This document shows, in pieces, positions 45,791 to 57,782 of a DNA stretch of 64,000 nucleotides. Every line of letters starts with the position of its first letter. Position 1 is the first letter of the stretch. The notes under the pieces are model-generated. The model ran no database searches. It was not told the DNA's origin and saw nothing but the letters and a program-made list of their open reading frames with translations. Location of the stretch: assembly GCA_003427395.1 (NCBI GenBank), contig BFEA01000025.1, forward strand, positions 3,071,036-3,135,035. Direction: 5' to 3'. The position numbers and the translations under genes are program-made. The DNA is from Chara braunii. Taxonomy: Eukaryota > Plantae > Charophyceae.

Positions 45791-46879
45791 CTGGATCCGC
45801 CGATCGGCAGTGAGCAGAGTCTGCTGATGTGCGTAGGGGGGGGGGGGGATCACCACTGGAGGGGAGGCACAGGGGTCATTGGTCCTGTTGGCATGGTGGT
45901 CCCTGATGCTACCGGCTGTCCCCTACCTAGCCGGTATCGCCCACATACTGATGATCGGCAGTGAGCAGAGTCTGCTGTTGGGAGCAGGCCCCGCATGTTC
46001 TCTCGTGAGCACGTTTCTGTCTGCTATGGGGTTTCCCCGCATGACTATAATTAGTAGTAGTGGTAGGTAGGTACTAGGTAGTGTGAGGTGAAATTGAGAG
46101 AAGAATGTAGCTTGCGTAAAAAAAAAAAAAAAAAAGTAACAAAAGCAGTCACACACTGATACGGTGATACCCAGTACCAAAAACAGTAACAATATAGAAC
46201 AAGCCTAGAGCAGAAGGAAGAGGAGTTGGTGGATCTTTCTATATAGAAGGCTACCGGGGGAAACACAGTTACAAAAACAATATCGAAAACACAGAGCAAC
46301 AAAAGGGGTTATAAAGGGGGGTACTACAACTATACAACTATGCCAGCTGTCACCCCAGGTAAAAAGAACCTATGGAACAAGCCTAGAGCAGAAGGAAGAG
46401 GAGAACAAGCCTAGAGAGTAGAGTTGAAGGCTGAGGAAATAGGAAGGGGATATGGAGCTACAGTAGGGAAAGTAGCACACATCATCAGAGAAAAAGAGGG
46501 AAAAAAAAAAAAAAAAAAAAACCAGCTCAGGCGGTGTCTCTGTCTCTGAGTGAATCCTCACCAACTCCTGGGAAAATGTTTCCCAGTTTTGGTGGATCTT
46601 TCTGAGGGCTCTTGATGTCCATCCCCTATTCAAGACCCTTTTTTTTTTCTTTTTTTTTTTTTGGGTTCAAAACGACTGGGAACCGGGCCTTTTTGGGTCC
46701 ATTTGGGCCCTTTTTGGGTTCCCAGCACGTGCCTCTCCCCACGGAAATGTCTCCAATCTCTTCGTGCGGAGCGGCATGTGCTGGGAACCGCTGCCAACAT
46801 CCCTTTCAAGAACAACCCTATTCACGACCTTGATGCCAGTCGATGCTATGCTTTCACAGAAATTCCGATTTGTTTAAAC

Positions 46880-47198
46880 TTTAAACCACCAGTCCATCTG
46901 AAGCAAAATTGACGAACCAAATAAAAATCATTAAAATGCATTAGGGGCCAAGTCTAAAAGTGGCAGGTAACTGCCGTTGGAAAAATCAACGCGGTACCGG
47001 TACTGGTACCAGCCTCTGTATTATTGATAAGTCTGGGCCGGGCCACCACAGACATGTTGGGGCCCAAAGATACTGTTTACATATTGATTTACGGGCCCCG
47101 CCCTGCCCCGCCCCGCCCCCGAGCCCCCCGCGCTCAGGGGCGGGTACTTGTACATGACCATAGACGAACAGCGACTTCGGATGGACTGGTGGTTTAAA
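46880..47198. mobile_element. TIR-bounded non-autonomous element (related inverted pair at about 50489-50640)
   Basis: TTTAAACCACCAGTCCATCTGAAG / CTTCGGATGGACTGGTGGTTTAAA. Confidence 0.55.
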
Positions 47199-48098
47199 CT
47201 ATAAACCACCGCTACCTCCGAGCCTCTTTTTGCCGAGGTGGAAATGAACTGTGCACCAAGCTTTGCCGAAGCACCAACGGGACTTCTTTTTTTCTTTGAC
47301 TGGCGCCGCCAGGCAGTTTGGTCCGACGGCGCCCGGCCCCCGAAGAATGCGGTGTACGGAATTCTGGTGTTTTGAGTTTGCCTGCTGAAGGTACCGTTCC
47401 CATATATTGGCCGCAGGCAGTTTCGTAGGGGCCCGAAACGGAAGATGGGCCGCCGAATCGACGCCGACGAAATTTATCAATGGCGGCTCTTTCCCGTTTG
47501 GCTTCCTAGTATACCGTCGCAACTCCTATTCTCAAGCAGGGAAAGGTAGTGGTGGCGGGGAAAGGTAGTGGTGGTTCAAGTTCCAGTGGGAGAAGTTGCA
47601 GCAACAAGGAGACATGGATAAGGGCAGGACCCCACTGCTTGGCGGTGCTTGGCGGCAGGAAAACATCCGGCAACCCAAAATCGTGGCCGCCAGGAATGGG
47701 CAATGGGCAAGCGAAAAGGGACTCCACTGGCACAAGCAATTCTTGGCACTTCCCCAGGTTTCTGTCACCCGATTAGGAAGACTGGCCTTTTCAGGCAAGT
47801 TTGCCTCCGCTTTTTCAGCACACCACCCAATCCCCGTGCCTCCTTTCCGCACAGGATGGTTGGTACGTTTGCCTACCTCCAGCAGAGTCCAGAGGCAGCG
47901 AGCGTACCAGCCATCCCGTGCAGAAAGGAGGCATGCCGGCACGGGGAGTGCCAGTGGTCTCTGTTCTGAAAAGCTGGAGCAGTGGAGTCTAAAAAATGTC
48001 TTCCAAAGGCTTGGCGCCAGCCAGTGGGGTCCAAGCCTAAGACTCCCAACCAAGGACAACCGTGGAGGGAGGGGGGGGGGGAGGAAGGCGTAACTACG

Positions 48099-48288
48099 AG
48101 GGAGTCATAAAAACAGTTCGAAATACAGTTCGGGCCAAAACGAGTTTCAAAAAAAAAAAAGCAAAAAAAAAAAGCACTTCGGGCACTGTACGTGACTGGA
48201 AGCTGGCCGGGCTTGTATACGGTGCCCAAAGTGCAATTTGAAACTCGTTTTGGCCCGAACTGTAATTTCGAACTGTTTTTGTGACCCC
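48099..48288. mobile_element. MITE with ~50-bp TIRs
   Basis: AAAAACAGTTCGAAATACAGTTCGGGCCAAAACGAGTTTCAAA and its reverse complement. Confidence 0.7.
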
Positions 48289-48433
48289 TGCGTTGTTTCC
48301 CCAAAAAGGAAAGAAGAAGAACTTCAACCAAGGACAACGATAGAATTTCAACGAGACCAATGGCGCATTTCTGAAAAGAGGGACATGCATACAGGGGCAT
48401 CGAAAACTAACGAGATTTTCAGAACTTCGCCTA

Positions 48434-48538
48434 CAGTCTTCCCCCGAATACAACGCACGGTCATTATCGCCGAATTTGGTCTATCTTTCAGTCTAAATTC
48501 AGCTATAATGACCGTACGTTGTATTCGGGGGAAGACTG
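48434..48538. mobile_element. 105-bp TA-flanked MITE (Tc1/mariner-type)
   Basis: TA|CAGTCTTCCCCCGAATACAACG...CGTTGTATTCGGGGGAAGACTG|TA. Confidence 0.85.
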
Positions 48539-49049
48539 TAGGTTTTGGATGCCAGGGTGAGTTGGTCTGGGGGCCTGCAGTCTGCCAGACAAGCAAAAGA
48601 AAGGGCCAGCCGGAGGAAGGTGCAATTTCTCTGTGGTTTCCACTTAGGCTGGCTAGGCCTGCTGGTTCTTCATGGAAGACCGACCACGTGCACCTGCCTG
48701 TTTGTGCGACCAGGTTGATGGTTGTGAAGTGCAGGTGCTTGTTTGCTTGTGCAACCGGGTTCATGGTTTCCAAGTGCAAACTCGTCTGCCTCGATCAATT
48801 GGCCGAAAAGCCGCTGTGGGGGTTCACCGTTCGTTGTCAGTGGGCACAGCTGCGAGGAACACGTTCTCATGGTTTTTTTTTTTTTTTTAANTTTTTTTTT
48901 TTTTTTTTTTTTTTTACTCAGAACAGCCCGAGCGGGTGCTAGGGGTGCTGGTAAGAGCAGATACCGCTAGCACTTCTTTTAGTTGGGAAACCTCTCCTCT
49001 ATCGGACTCTACACAGACGCACACACACACACACATGCAGAGAGAGAGA

Positions 49050-49569
49050 GGGTCTCGCTCCATTACTCTGGACTCTCGAGGATTTTCGAGAGTCCATCTA
49101 GAGCTGTCGGAGCCAAAAAAACTCGTGAAATCCCTTTTTTTTCAAGGGATTTTCAAGAGAAGATGGGACTGTTTTTTTTTTTTTTTTTGGTGAGCACTAG
49201 CTGACATCCCTACGGGACAACCGAACTGCTGGTTTGTCCACTGGGATTCCAGGCCCACTCTTGAAAAAACGAGGCCCCACCTAGGAGGGTCCTTGCGACC
49301 ACCCTAGAAAATCCTGCCTTGGCAGGCAGGCACTCTATATAGTTCTAGAGTGCACGTCAGGAGCCCAGTCTGACAGCTCTTGAAAGGTGTTTTCAAGAGC
49401 CACTTTATGGAGTTCGTAGATAGACACCCACGCTTGACGGTTTCAAGAGTGTTTTTTTTTTTTTTTTTTCCTGAGAACTCTAGAATGGGTTTTCCATAGG
49501 CCAAATCTAGAGCAAGTGGAGTCATGCTGGACTCTCAAACTTCAAGAGTCCAGACTAGTGGAGCGAGAC

Positions 49570-49571
<2 letters not shown>
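49050..49571. mobile_element. non-autonomous TIR element in (GA)n, Harbinger-like
   Basis: AGA|GGGTCTCGCTCCATTACTCTGGACTCT...AGAGTCCAGACTAGTGGAGCGAGACCC|AGA. Confidence 0.65.
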
Positions 49572-49632
<61 letters not shown>

Positions 49633-50236
49633 GGGGGGGGGAAGGAAAATCGTTGACACTGAGGGCAACGAGAGGAAGGTGAGAGTTGGAGCGGGAAGGG
49701 AGAAATGCTGAAGAGGGCACCAGATCTGGACACAGCTCGATTGAATCTGAGCTCCGGAATGATCTACCGGGTGTTTATAAAAGCCATGAAGTACGTCCCG
49801 AAGTTCCTTCGTGGAGCATCATACTATAGAAGCCCGAAACATCACACAGAAGGTTCTCTGCAGGACTATTCTGTTCTTTCCCCTTGTGAAAATGTATACT
49901 GCCACCGAACCTTAATGACTGGTGGCTCCAGAGAGGGGGGGGGGGGGGGGGGAGGAACATGCACCCATGCTAGTTTGTTTTTGGGTTGGTTCAAAGTTAC
50001 GAACGGCAAATCCGCGTCGGCAAAAGAGGCTTGGGAGGTATTGGTGGTTTAAGGAGAAAGTATGGAGGTGCCGTGACATCCCAGGTGCTGTCTGTACATG
50101 AACTTTGGCATTGCTGCGGCTTTCTTTCTTTTATTTTCTTTATTTTCCTTTTTTTTTTTAATTCTCAAGTATGTAATGCAATTTTTTTTTATTTTTTATT
50201 TTTTATTTTTTTTAGTGTGGTCCAATGGACCACGGA

Positions 50237-50263
50237 TCGGCCTTTTGGCTAAGATCAAGTGTA
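50237..50263 (+). pseudogene. U2: U2 snRNA 5' fragment (about nt 10-36)
   Basis: TCGGCCTTTTGGCTAAGATCAAGTGTA is identical to the conserved U2 5' region. Confidence 0.8.
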
Positions 50264-51878
50264 ATGCAATTTTTTTAGTTGCCTGAAAGGAGTACAAGCA
50301 TGTCTATCAATTCTATCATATCCTTATGGGTACTCATGGATTCAAACCTGCGACGATCAGGTAGGTTAAAACTTAAAAGTTTAAAACCTCAGTGCTCTAC
50401 CAACCAAGCTGTACACCCAGTGCGCAGGTAGACTTAGCTGTATTTAGCCAGTCCTTGGAAGATCTCCGACCGTGTCTCCGAGATGCAGTTGAACCACCAG
50501 TACTGGGGCGACGCCTTAGCGTTAACGGTACGCGATTTCCGCGGCCGGCGGGCCGTCGATAAATCGAATCAACAGCCCGCGCTGCTTCGAGATTTGGGCG
50601 GCCGGCGCGGCGCGCAGTGCCCAAGTACTGGTGGTTTGAACGGGGAGTTCGTGAACGCGAGGTGTAGGTGGGATACCAGACCAGGCGTGGCAAGGCACGA
50701 AGCAACGTCTAGACTTAGCTGTATTTGAAGGCCGGCGGCCACTGAAATCAACACAAGGTTGTAACTTAGCCGTAACAACTGCAATGATTGATGTACCATC
50801 TTGGCACGCAGGACCCGGTTTCCCCCAGTTGCTGCTCCCCACCCGTAGACCGGAGCGGAGGTCCGACTAGCAAAGGGATCGCGGATCGAATGCCTGAATC
50901 TGGATGTGTTTTAGGCACAGATGCAGAAAAGCAGTTCAATCTCGATTTCCTGCTCCTCTCTACAAACACGTCCAGATGCAGGCATTCGATCCGATCCTTT
51001 TTGCTAGTGGGACCACGCCCCGGAGCAATCAGAGACGGGCTTACTAGCGGATGATGTTCATACCATTTCCGCTAGTAGCAGACCACAGCCGCTTTTTGTG
51101 AAAAAAAAAAAAAAAAAGGAATAACGGCGAACGGGGCATGTTTTGAAACCCTAAAGGCAAAAAAAACTCGCGCCGGCAAAGAAACCACACGCCAACTCCA
51201 AATGAGCGGTTTCGGTCCAAAAGTATCCGTTGGGCTTCTTTTTTATTTTTTGGGTTTTCCCCTCAGACACCACGGGCGACCCCTGTAAATATGACACCCG
51301 GTCTGCCACCACCACCGCCGTCAGTACTTCCGTTGCCTCTTCAAACTCTATGCGGTTTTCTTTGCCGACGCATGTTAACTTCTTTTTTGCCCATTTGATA
51401 CTCAAAGGTGACATAAACGTACTTACCCCCCCCCAAAAAAAAACGCTAAGAAGCCTACAAGGCTACAAAACACCATTATTAGCGCCCGTTTGAGCGCGCA
51501 TGTGTGTGTTGTCATGGTCCCCATAGATTTCTCCACCAAAAAAGTAGGACTCTCTGCCAAACTGTTTCGTAAGTCATTTCTGTGTGTGTCTGCATGTGTG
51601 TGTGTGTGTGTGGGTGGGTGGGTGAGTGGGTGGGTGTTTTGTGTGTGTGTGTGTGTGTTGGGGTTGGGGGTGGAGGGGGGAAGCGAGGGGGGGAGGGGGA
51701 AGCAGGGGTTTGTTTGCTCCAATAAAAACTGGGGCATGCCTGTGCCAGATTGTTTCGTTGGACTGTGTGTGTATGTCTGTGTCTCTGTGTGCATGTGGGG
51801 GCAGAACAGGTGTTTGCTGCAAACAAGGGGCTAGCGGGGGTCAGGCAGGGGGTGTGCGGGCCTAACTTTTGCTTTTTA

Positions 51879-51919
<41 letters not shown>

Positions 51920-52728
51920 GTTATAAAAAGCCGAGGATGTTGAACTTTTGCTAACTTTTGCGAAGGGGCATGATGGACCACACAACAGGGAAAAACATTT
52001 GCTGGGCATGTGCATCACGGACAAAAAAAGACAGCGCAGGGTGTTCTTATCACCTCCGATAATAGGCTTCTCCCAACTGTTTGGGAAGAAAGAGAAAAAA
52101 AAGAACGAAAGAAGACAGCAGGCGAAAGAAGACAGCAGGTTTGTATTGGGAAGAGGACAAGCGTGTTGTGCATGCGTCACCAGCACAAGTAAGCGTGTAC
52201 TCACGCTGCCTCTATCTTTTTTTTTTTTTTTTTTCACCAAAAAAACCCTTCTAGTGCTAGTGGTGCTGGTAAGAGCAGACACCACTAGCACCTTGAGGAG
52301 AGACTCCATCCATTGGTGGGGAGCATCACCTGCTGGAAAATGGGTCCAGCGTCCCTGTTACAGAATGAAACAAAATGAATAAAAAAAAACTGAAGACTTG
52401 GCTGAATATCTGAGAAAAGCCTGCCAGCATTGATTACTCTGGATTGCGGAGAATTAACTGAGCAGGGTGCTGAGGGGCGTTGCTGATGACAATCCTCTCC
52501 TCTTTAGATGTGAAGATTTCCAGCCGGTTCCTGCCTCCTTGGCGAGGAGACACCATGGGGCCACTGGGGGGCACCAGCGGGACCACGCGTCTCCCCGCAC
52601 CTCTCTAGGCCGGCCAGTGGGGCATCCCCTCAGCGAATAGAAATTATGTAAAATTAATGAAAAAAAAAAAGGTGAGAAATGAGAAAACCATCCAAGAATC
52701 CATGTCCCACATCTGTCTCTCTTCTTTA

Positions 52729-52771
<43 letters not shown>

Positions 52772-54199
52772 AAGGGCCCTTATACAAGACCTCTATCCTG
52801 GTGGTGGTAAGAGAACCACCGGGATTGAGGCTTTGCCTAGCGGGCCGCTCCGTCTATTAAAGAGAGGGACGCAGGTGTAGCTCTCTTCTTTACCTCTGAT
52901 AAAGTCTCTCTTTTCTTTCAATGAGAAGGACGCCTGCCAGCATTGATTACTCTGTCTCCAGGGGATTGATTGTGCAGGTTGTGGGGACAAAGGGAATAAA
53001 ACTCTTCGCCCTGTACCAGGCGCCAAATTCCTACTGCTAAGAGACTAGTGCCTTCCTCTCCCAACTACCTTTTACCCAAAAAAGCTTTACCTTCTCATCC
53101 CGCACTATCATTCCCTCTGTTCCACTCGATGTCCCTGGGAAACCGGAGGGAATCACCACTGGGCGCACTCATCCCACCCTCCTTGTCTGAACCAGGCTTC
53201 CATGATCCATCCGTATGAGGTCATGTTTTTTTTTTTTTTTAAGGAAGATTGCAATCATCAAACTACAAGCCATCAACCCTCTTTACCTCCCGTATGAGGT
53301 CAGCGTTCCTCCTGACAGCGAAAGAAAAATGTGGTTATGAAAAAGACAAAAGCACGAGTAAAGCATAAGAAACCACTGGATAAACCACAGTTCACCTGAA
53401 CCTCTCCTCCAGAGCCAGCGGGTGCGGCGGAAAGGGATTTGAGAATTCCTCTGCGGGTTGTGGGGGGGGGGGGGGAACAAAAGCTCCAATCTATTCGTGG
53501 GGAGCATCAGCGTGCTGAGAACCGGGCTCAGCGTCCCTTTGAAATACAACTGAGAAGATGTAACATGAAAATTTAAGATACCGGGGCCATTACCCGGCTT
53601 TGGGATAAGAAAAATTTGAGTTACCTAACAGGTTACTACGTCAGACTTCAGCAAATTTCAGGAAACCGACTCAAACCCCACCCATCAATCCTCTTTACCA
53701 CCCTCACGCAAGACTTACTGCAGCCGAGCCACCATCTCTGCTACTGCTGTGCCCTATTTCCGTCCTACGAGCTAGCCCCTTTACTAGTAGGACGCTTGTT
53801 ATCCTACCATCTACTTGTCCCCCTCACCTTTATGAGAGAATGTGCATGATTCAGGAAAAAACTCAGACACCCCCAGTCCTTCCCCTATCCCCACTCCGGC
53901 AAGACTTACTACAGCAGAGTCACCATGTCCGCTGCTGCTGTACCCTATTCCCATACTACCAGCAAGACCTCTCACTAGTAGGACGCATAATATCCCACCA
54001 TCTCCTCCACCCACTCATCCCAATCTCATGAAAATTTGAAATACCGGGGCCATTACCCGGCTTGACGAAAATTACTACGACAAAACTTCTGAGAAACGGT
54101 CTGTTATGACAAAACACGCCACCACTAAGGTGCTATGAATCTTCAAAATTCTATGAATCCCTAACAACCCATCTAAAACTTTCCAACGCTATCATACTC

Positions 54200-55245
54200 C
54201 TTGCTGAGCTCTTCCAGGTCTCACACCCCCACCCTGCTGGGTTAGGTTGTAGGGGGATACTGGGGTCCACTTCTATCCAGTCTTTGAAGACGAGGCGATA
54301 ATCTCGGGGGACTTCGATTCGTGTGCCCGTCTCTCTCTCTCTTGGCTTTCCCCACTCTCTTCTCCTGACCAGTATACCCTTCCTACCCATTCGTCCCTCC
54401 TCCCCCCTAGCCAGTCCTCGGCAAACTGAGTAATCTCGTCCGATATGTCCTTGCCTGTGTAAAGAGTGTCTAGTGTTCTTTTGGTGTACTGCCACCTCTG
54501 TGCAAGTTCCAGTTGAAAATGGGTTTTGAACAGATCCCTCCTTTGCTCTCCCTCCACCCTGTTTCCTTCTAGTGTCAGCGCACATCGTTGCCACCACAAG
54601 GTCCACAAGACCGTCTTCCTCCTCAGAGAGAACATATTCCTCTCGAAAGTACCTTGCTGTAAAGTCGGATAATATCGTAACAGAATTGCTCTCCAGTCCC
54701 AGGGCCATGACTGACTTGGGATCATCTGTCTCCAAATCCTGTCCCACCATCTCCACGTTAAGATGGCATTTGGGCACTGCAGAAAGATGTGTTCGATTGT
54801 TTTCATCTTTCTCCTAGCTGGAAATCCCTGCAGGCAGCGTGTGCACCATGGTAGGGCCCTGCCCTGTTGTTCCAACTGCGTATGGTCAATTAGCCAGTTG
54901 TTCATGTGGAGACAGCGGCGAGCAATTTGCCATTGAAGGGAGGTGATTTTTGCCGGCCTGCGCTTCCAATCCTGGAACCACCGTATCGGTGTAAGAAGGT
55001 GTCTGTCTACATTGAGGTGCTTCTGCCACCTGTCAATTATCACATCTCTCAGGTCTTGGTGGCCTCTGAGCATCCTATAGGTGCCTTTCACCGTGAGGCT
55101 GGATAGTGTACGGGGTCTCCTAGAGCAGGTTTTGGCCCTCACCGGGGAGGCCCATTGCCACTCCAGGGGATCCAGTGCAAGTTTGAAAAGCTGGGTTTCG
55201 GGCATAAATGCTCGCTGATCCTCCCCTTCCCTAAATGTGCGAATC
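54200..55245 (-). mobile_element. LINE ORF2 3' fragment (zf-RVT CCHC region)
   Basis: WCTRC...KTIEHIFLQC, VLWTLWWQRC; Trp-rich C-terminus typical of L1-like ORF2. Confidence 0.85.
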
Positions 55246-57782
55246 CTCTATCTTAAAGGTATCCGAGTGCATTTACGACCACAAACGCATGTATATGACC
55301 GCACTTACGACCATAAATAAGTTAAAAACGTCCTTGGCTAGTGTGAGTACGCCCTAACAGGGTACTTGCACCCTGCCAAGAAAATGAAGGGGTGCGTGAA
55401 ACATCGCCAAGAAAATGAACAGGGCGTTATGGAGTGGAAAAGGCAAAGGTTGCACATTGGAGAAAAACGAACGCCGACTTGTTTCAGGGTAATCAATGCT
55501 GACAGGATGTCAGTGTGTTCAGATGTTGAATCATTCGCAGGGACGCTGGACCCATTTTCCAGCAGGTGTTGCTCCCCACCAATAGATTGGAACAACCAGC
55601 CTATTCGCCAGAAGGGTGCGCTCTTATCACCTCTGCTAGCGGAGGGACTGGGTTTCCAGAAACGATCACTACCTCTGCCACTCTTGGGAAAAATGGGAAA
55701 ACTGGCTGTTTTCCCACTTTTTCCGAACTTTTTGGGGGTCTGCGGAGGCTTGGCAGTTGGGCCTTGTGTGCCCGTTCGAAAAGCAAAAAGAAAAACAAAA
55801 GACCAAGTTCACAGCCCATAGGGGCTGCTTTTACCACCGTTGTCTGGACTACAACGGTTGTCGGGCGTCTACTGGTAGTCTAGGCGTGTGACGGTCGTTG
55901 GGAAGGTGGCGGGACTAAGAAAGAGGGGTTAAAGCCCTAAAGAAATTGTGAGGGCAGGCCACCGGAGACTGGTTGCTTGTGTGGATGGTTTTTGGACGGC
56001 TTCAAGGGTTGTCTTTTTCTTGTTGCTGTTTCGCCTGCCGTGATTCCCGTTTTCGTTTTTTCTCTTTTTTGCTGTATGCCGTTTCTTTCCTTCTTTCCGT
56101 GGAGTGTATGTAACGGTCAACTCGCTGCACTACTCACCAAATGTGTAAAATGACAAAGAATGTTTCCTAGATCCTGAGTAGATGCATCTGAGTGAAAATG
56201 TTTTCTGTTTTCCTTTTTCTTTTGTTTGTGATGCTGTGTGACGTCATCATATGCCTGAGGCCTGGTGTGGCTGACAGCCTTGCAAGTGGAAGACCATGCA
56301 TCTGAATGCAAGAATGTTTAGGAGCATTGTACTTTTTAGCGTTTTCTCGTTTGGGCCTGTGCCTTTTCTTTCTTTCTTTCTTTCTTTCTTTCGTTTTTCA
56401 AAGCCCTTATGCCAGCCCTCTATTCCGGCGGTGGTACGAGGAGCGCCAGAATTGAAGGCTTGTCTGTTGGGCTCCTCCATCTATTGGTGGCGAGCGGCAC
56501 CTGCTGGAAACCGGGTCCAGCGTTCCATTGATACATCTTGTAGCATAGCAATTGTTGGTCGTTGTTTCCTGGGACTGTGGTTATTTGTCTTGCTGGTCCG
56601 GGGCTCCATTGTCCCATGGAGCTGCTAGTAACACCCATCCCATCTTGGAGCACCCCTTATCTATTAGCCCAGCCCTGTCCGGCAGGCCCCCTGATGATTG
56701 TTTTCTTGTCTGAACCCTTTAAACCCTATACCCTCTCCAATCCCATGCATAACACATTCTCGATCCTTGAAGGCTAAACATCTGAAGATATGCAAGGAGA
56801 TCTACCAGGAGATGATTAGCAATGCAATGCAATGCAGCGCAATAGAACTCCACTCATCGAGAGAGGATTGGCTGGGGGTATTCTCAGGTACTGTGAAATC
56901 CGAACTGCATGTCTCGCTGTCGCCTTTTCAGCCACCGTGGGGGGTGGCTCCTGCTGGAGATCGGGTTTAGCGTCCCTTCCAACTTTCACCTTCCCAGCAG
57001 TCCCTCCGTCGATTTCTTCCAAGGGTGTGGCCGTTGCTGCTTCATTCTACTTGACGGCTGACCAGGCTGACCTATCATCTCCTGTGTAAGTGGAGTTGAG
57101 AGTGACTCTAAGCGGCGAGCGTCGTATTGGTGGGTGAGTGCGCTGGGGGGACATGGGGCGGTGGGGGCATATCCACTGGAGTTTTCTGTGGGGAGCACAT
57201 GGGCAGCGAGGGAGGTTGGGGGGGGGGTAGNGGGNGGGGGACCTATCGGTAGCGAGGGGAGGGGTGGAGAAGTCGGGAGTGGAGAGCCAGCCGAAAGGGG
57301 GGAGACGCTGAAGGAGGTGTCTGGGGAGGCTGGGAGGGCAGGGGTGGGGCCCCCTGTGGGTAGGGGCGGGGGTGGAGGTGAGGGTCCACAGAGGTTTGGG
57401 AGCAGTGGACAGATACTGGGTTGGCTGTTGTGATTGTCCCCGACGACAGACCCGGCAGCGGTGTGTAAAAGCAGTCTGGGTGACGGGAGGACCATTGGTC
57501 TTCCAGCGCTGCCCAGTTTTCTAGATCAGCTTTCCAGTCTCCTGGACTTCGGCCATCTTGCAGTGGGGGTCAAGCCAGCGCTCGGTAAATGCTGAGATAG
57601 CCTGTTGTTTTTCTCTCTGTCCGAACTCACTGCTACCTCTTCCAACAGTTTTCTACCAGCTTTGACCATGTTAGCCCGGATAATTTCTACGAGTTCAGCT
57701 TTGGCGTGGTGATAGCTAAACGTCATTTCTAACACTCTGCTGAGCACCTCGTCCGCCATATGGCCATGAATTCAGCCAGCCT

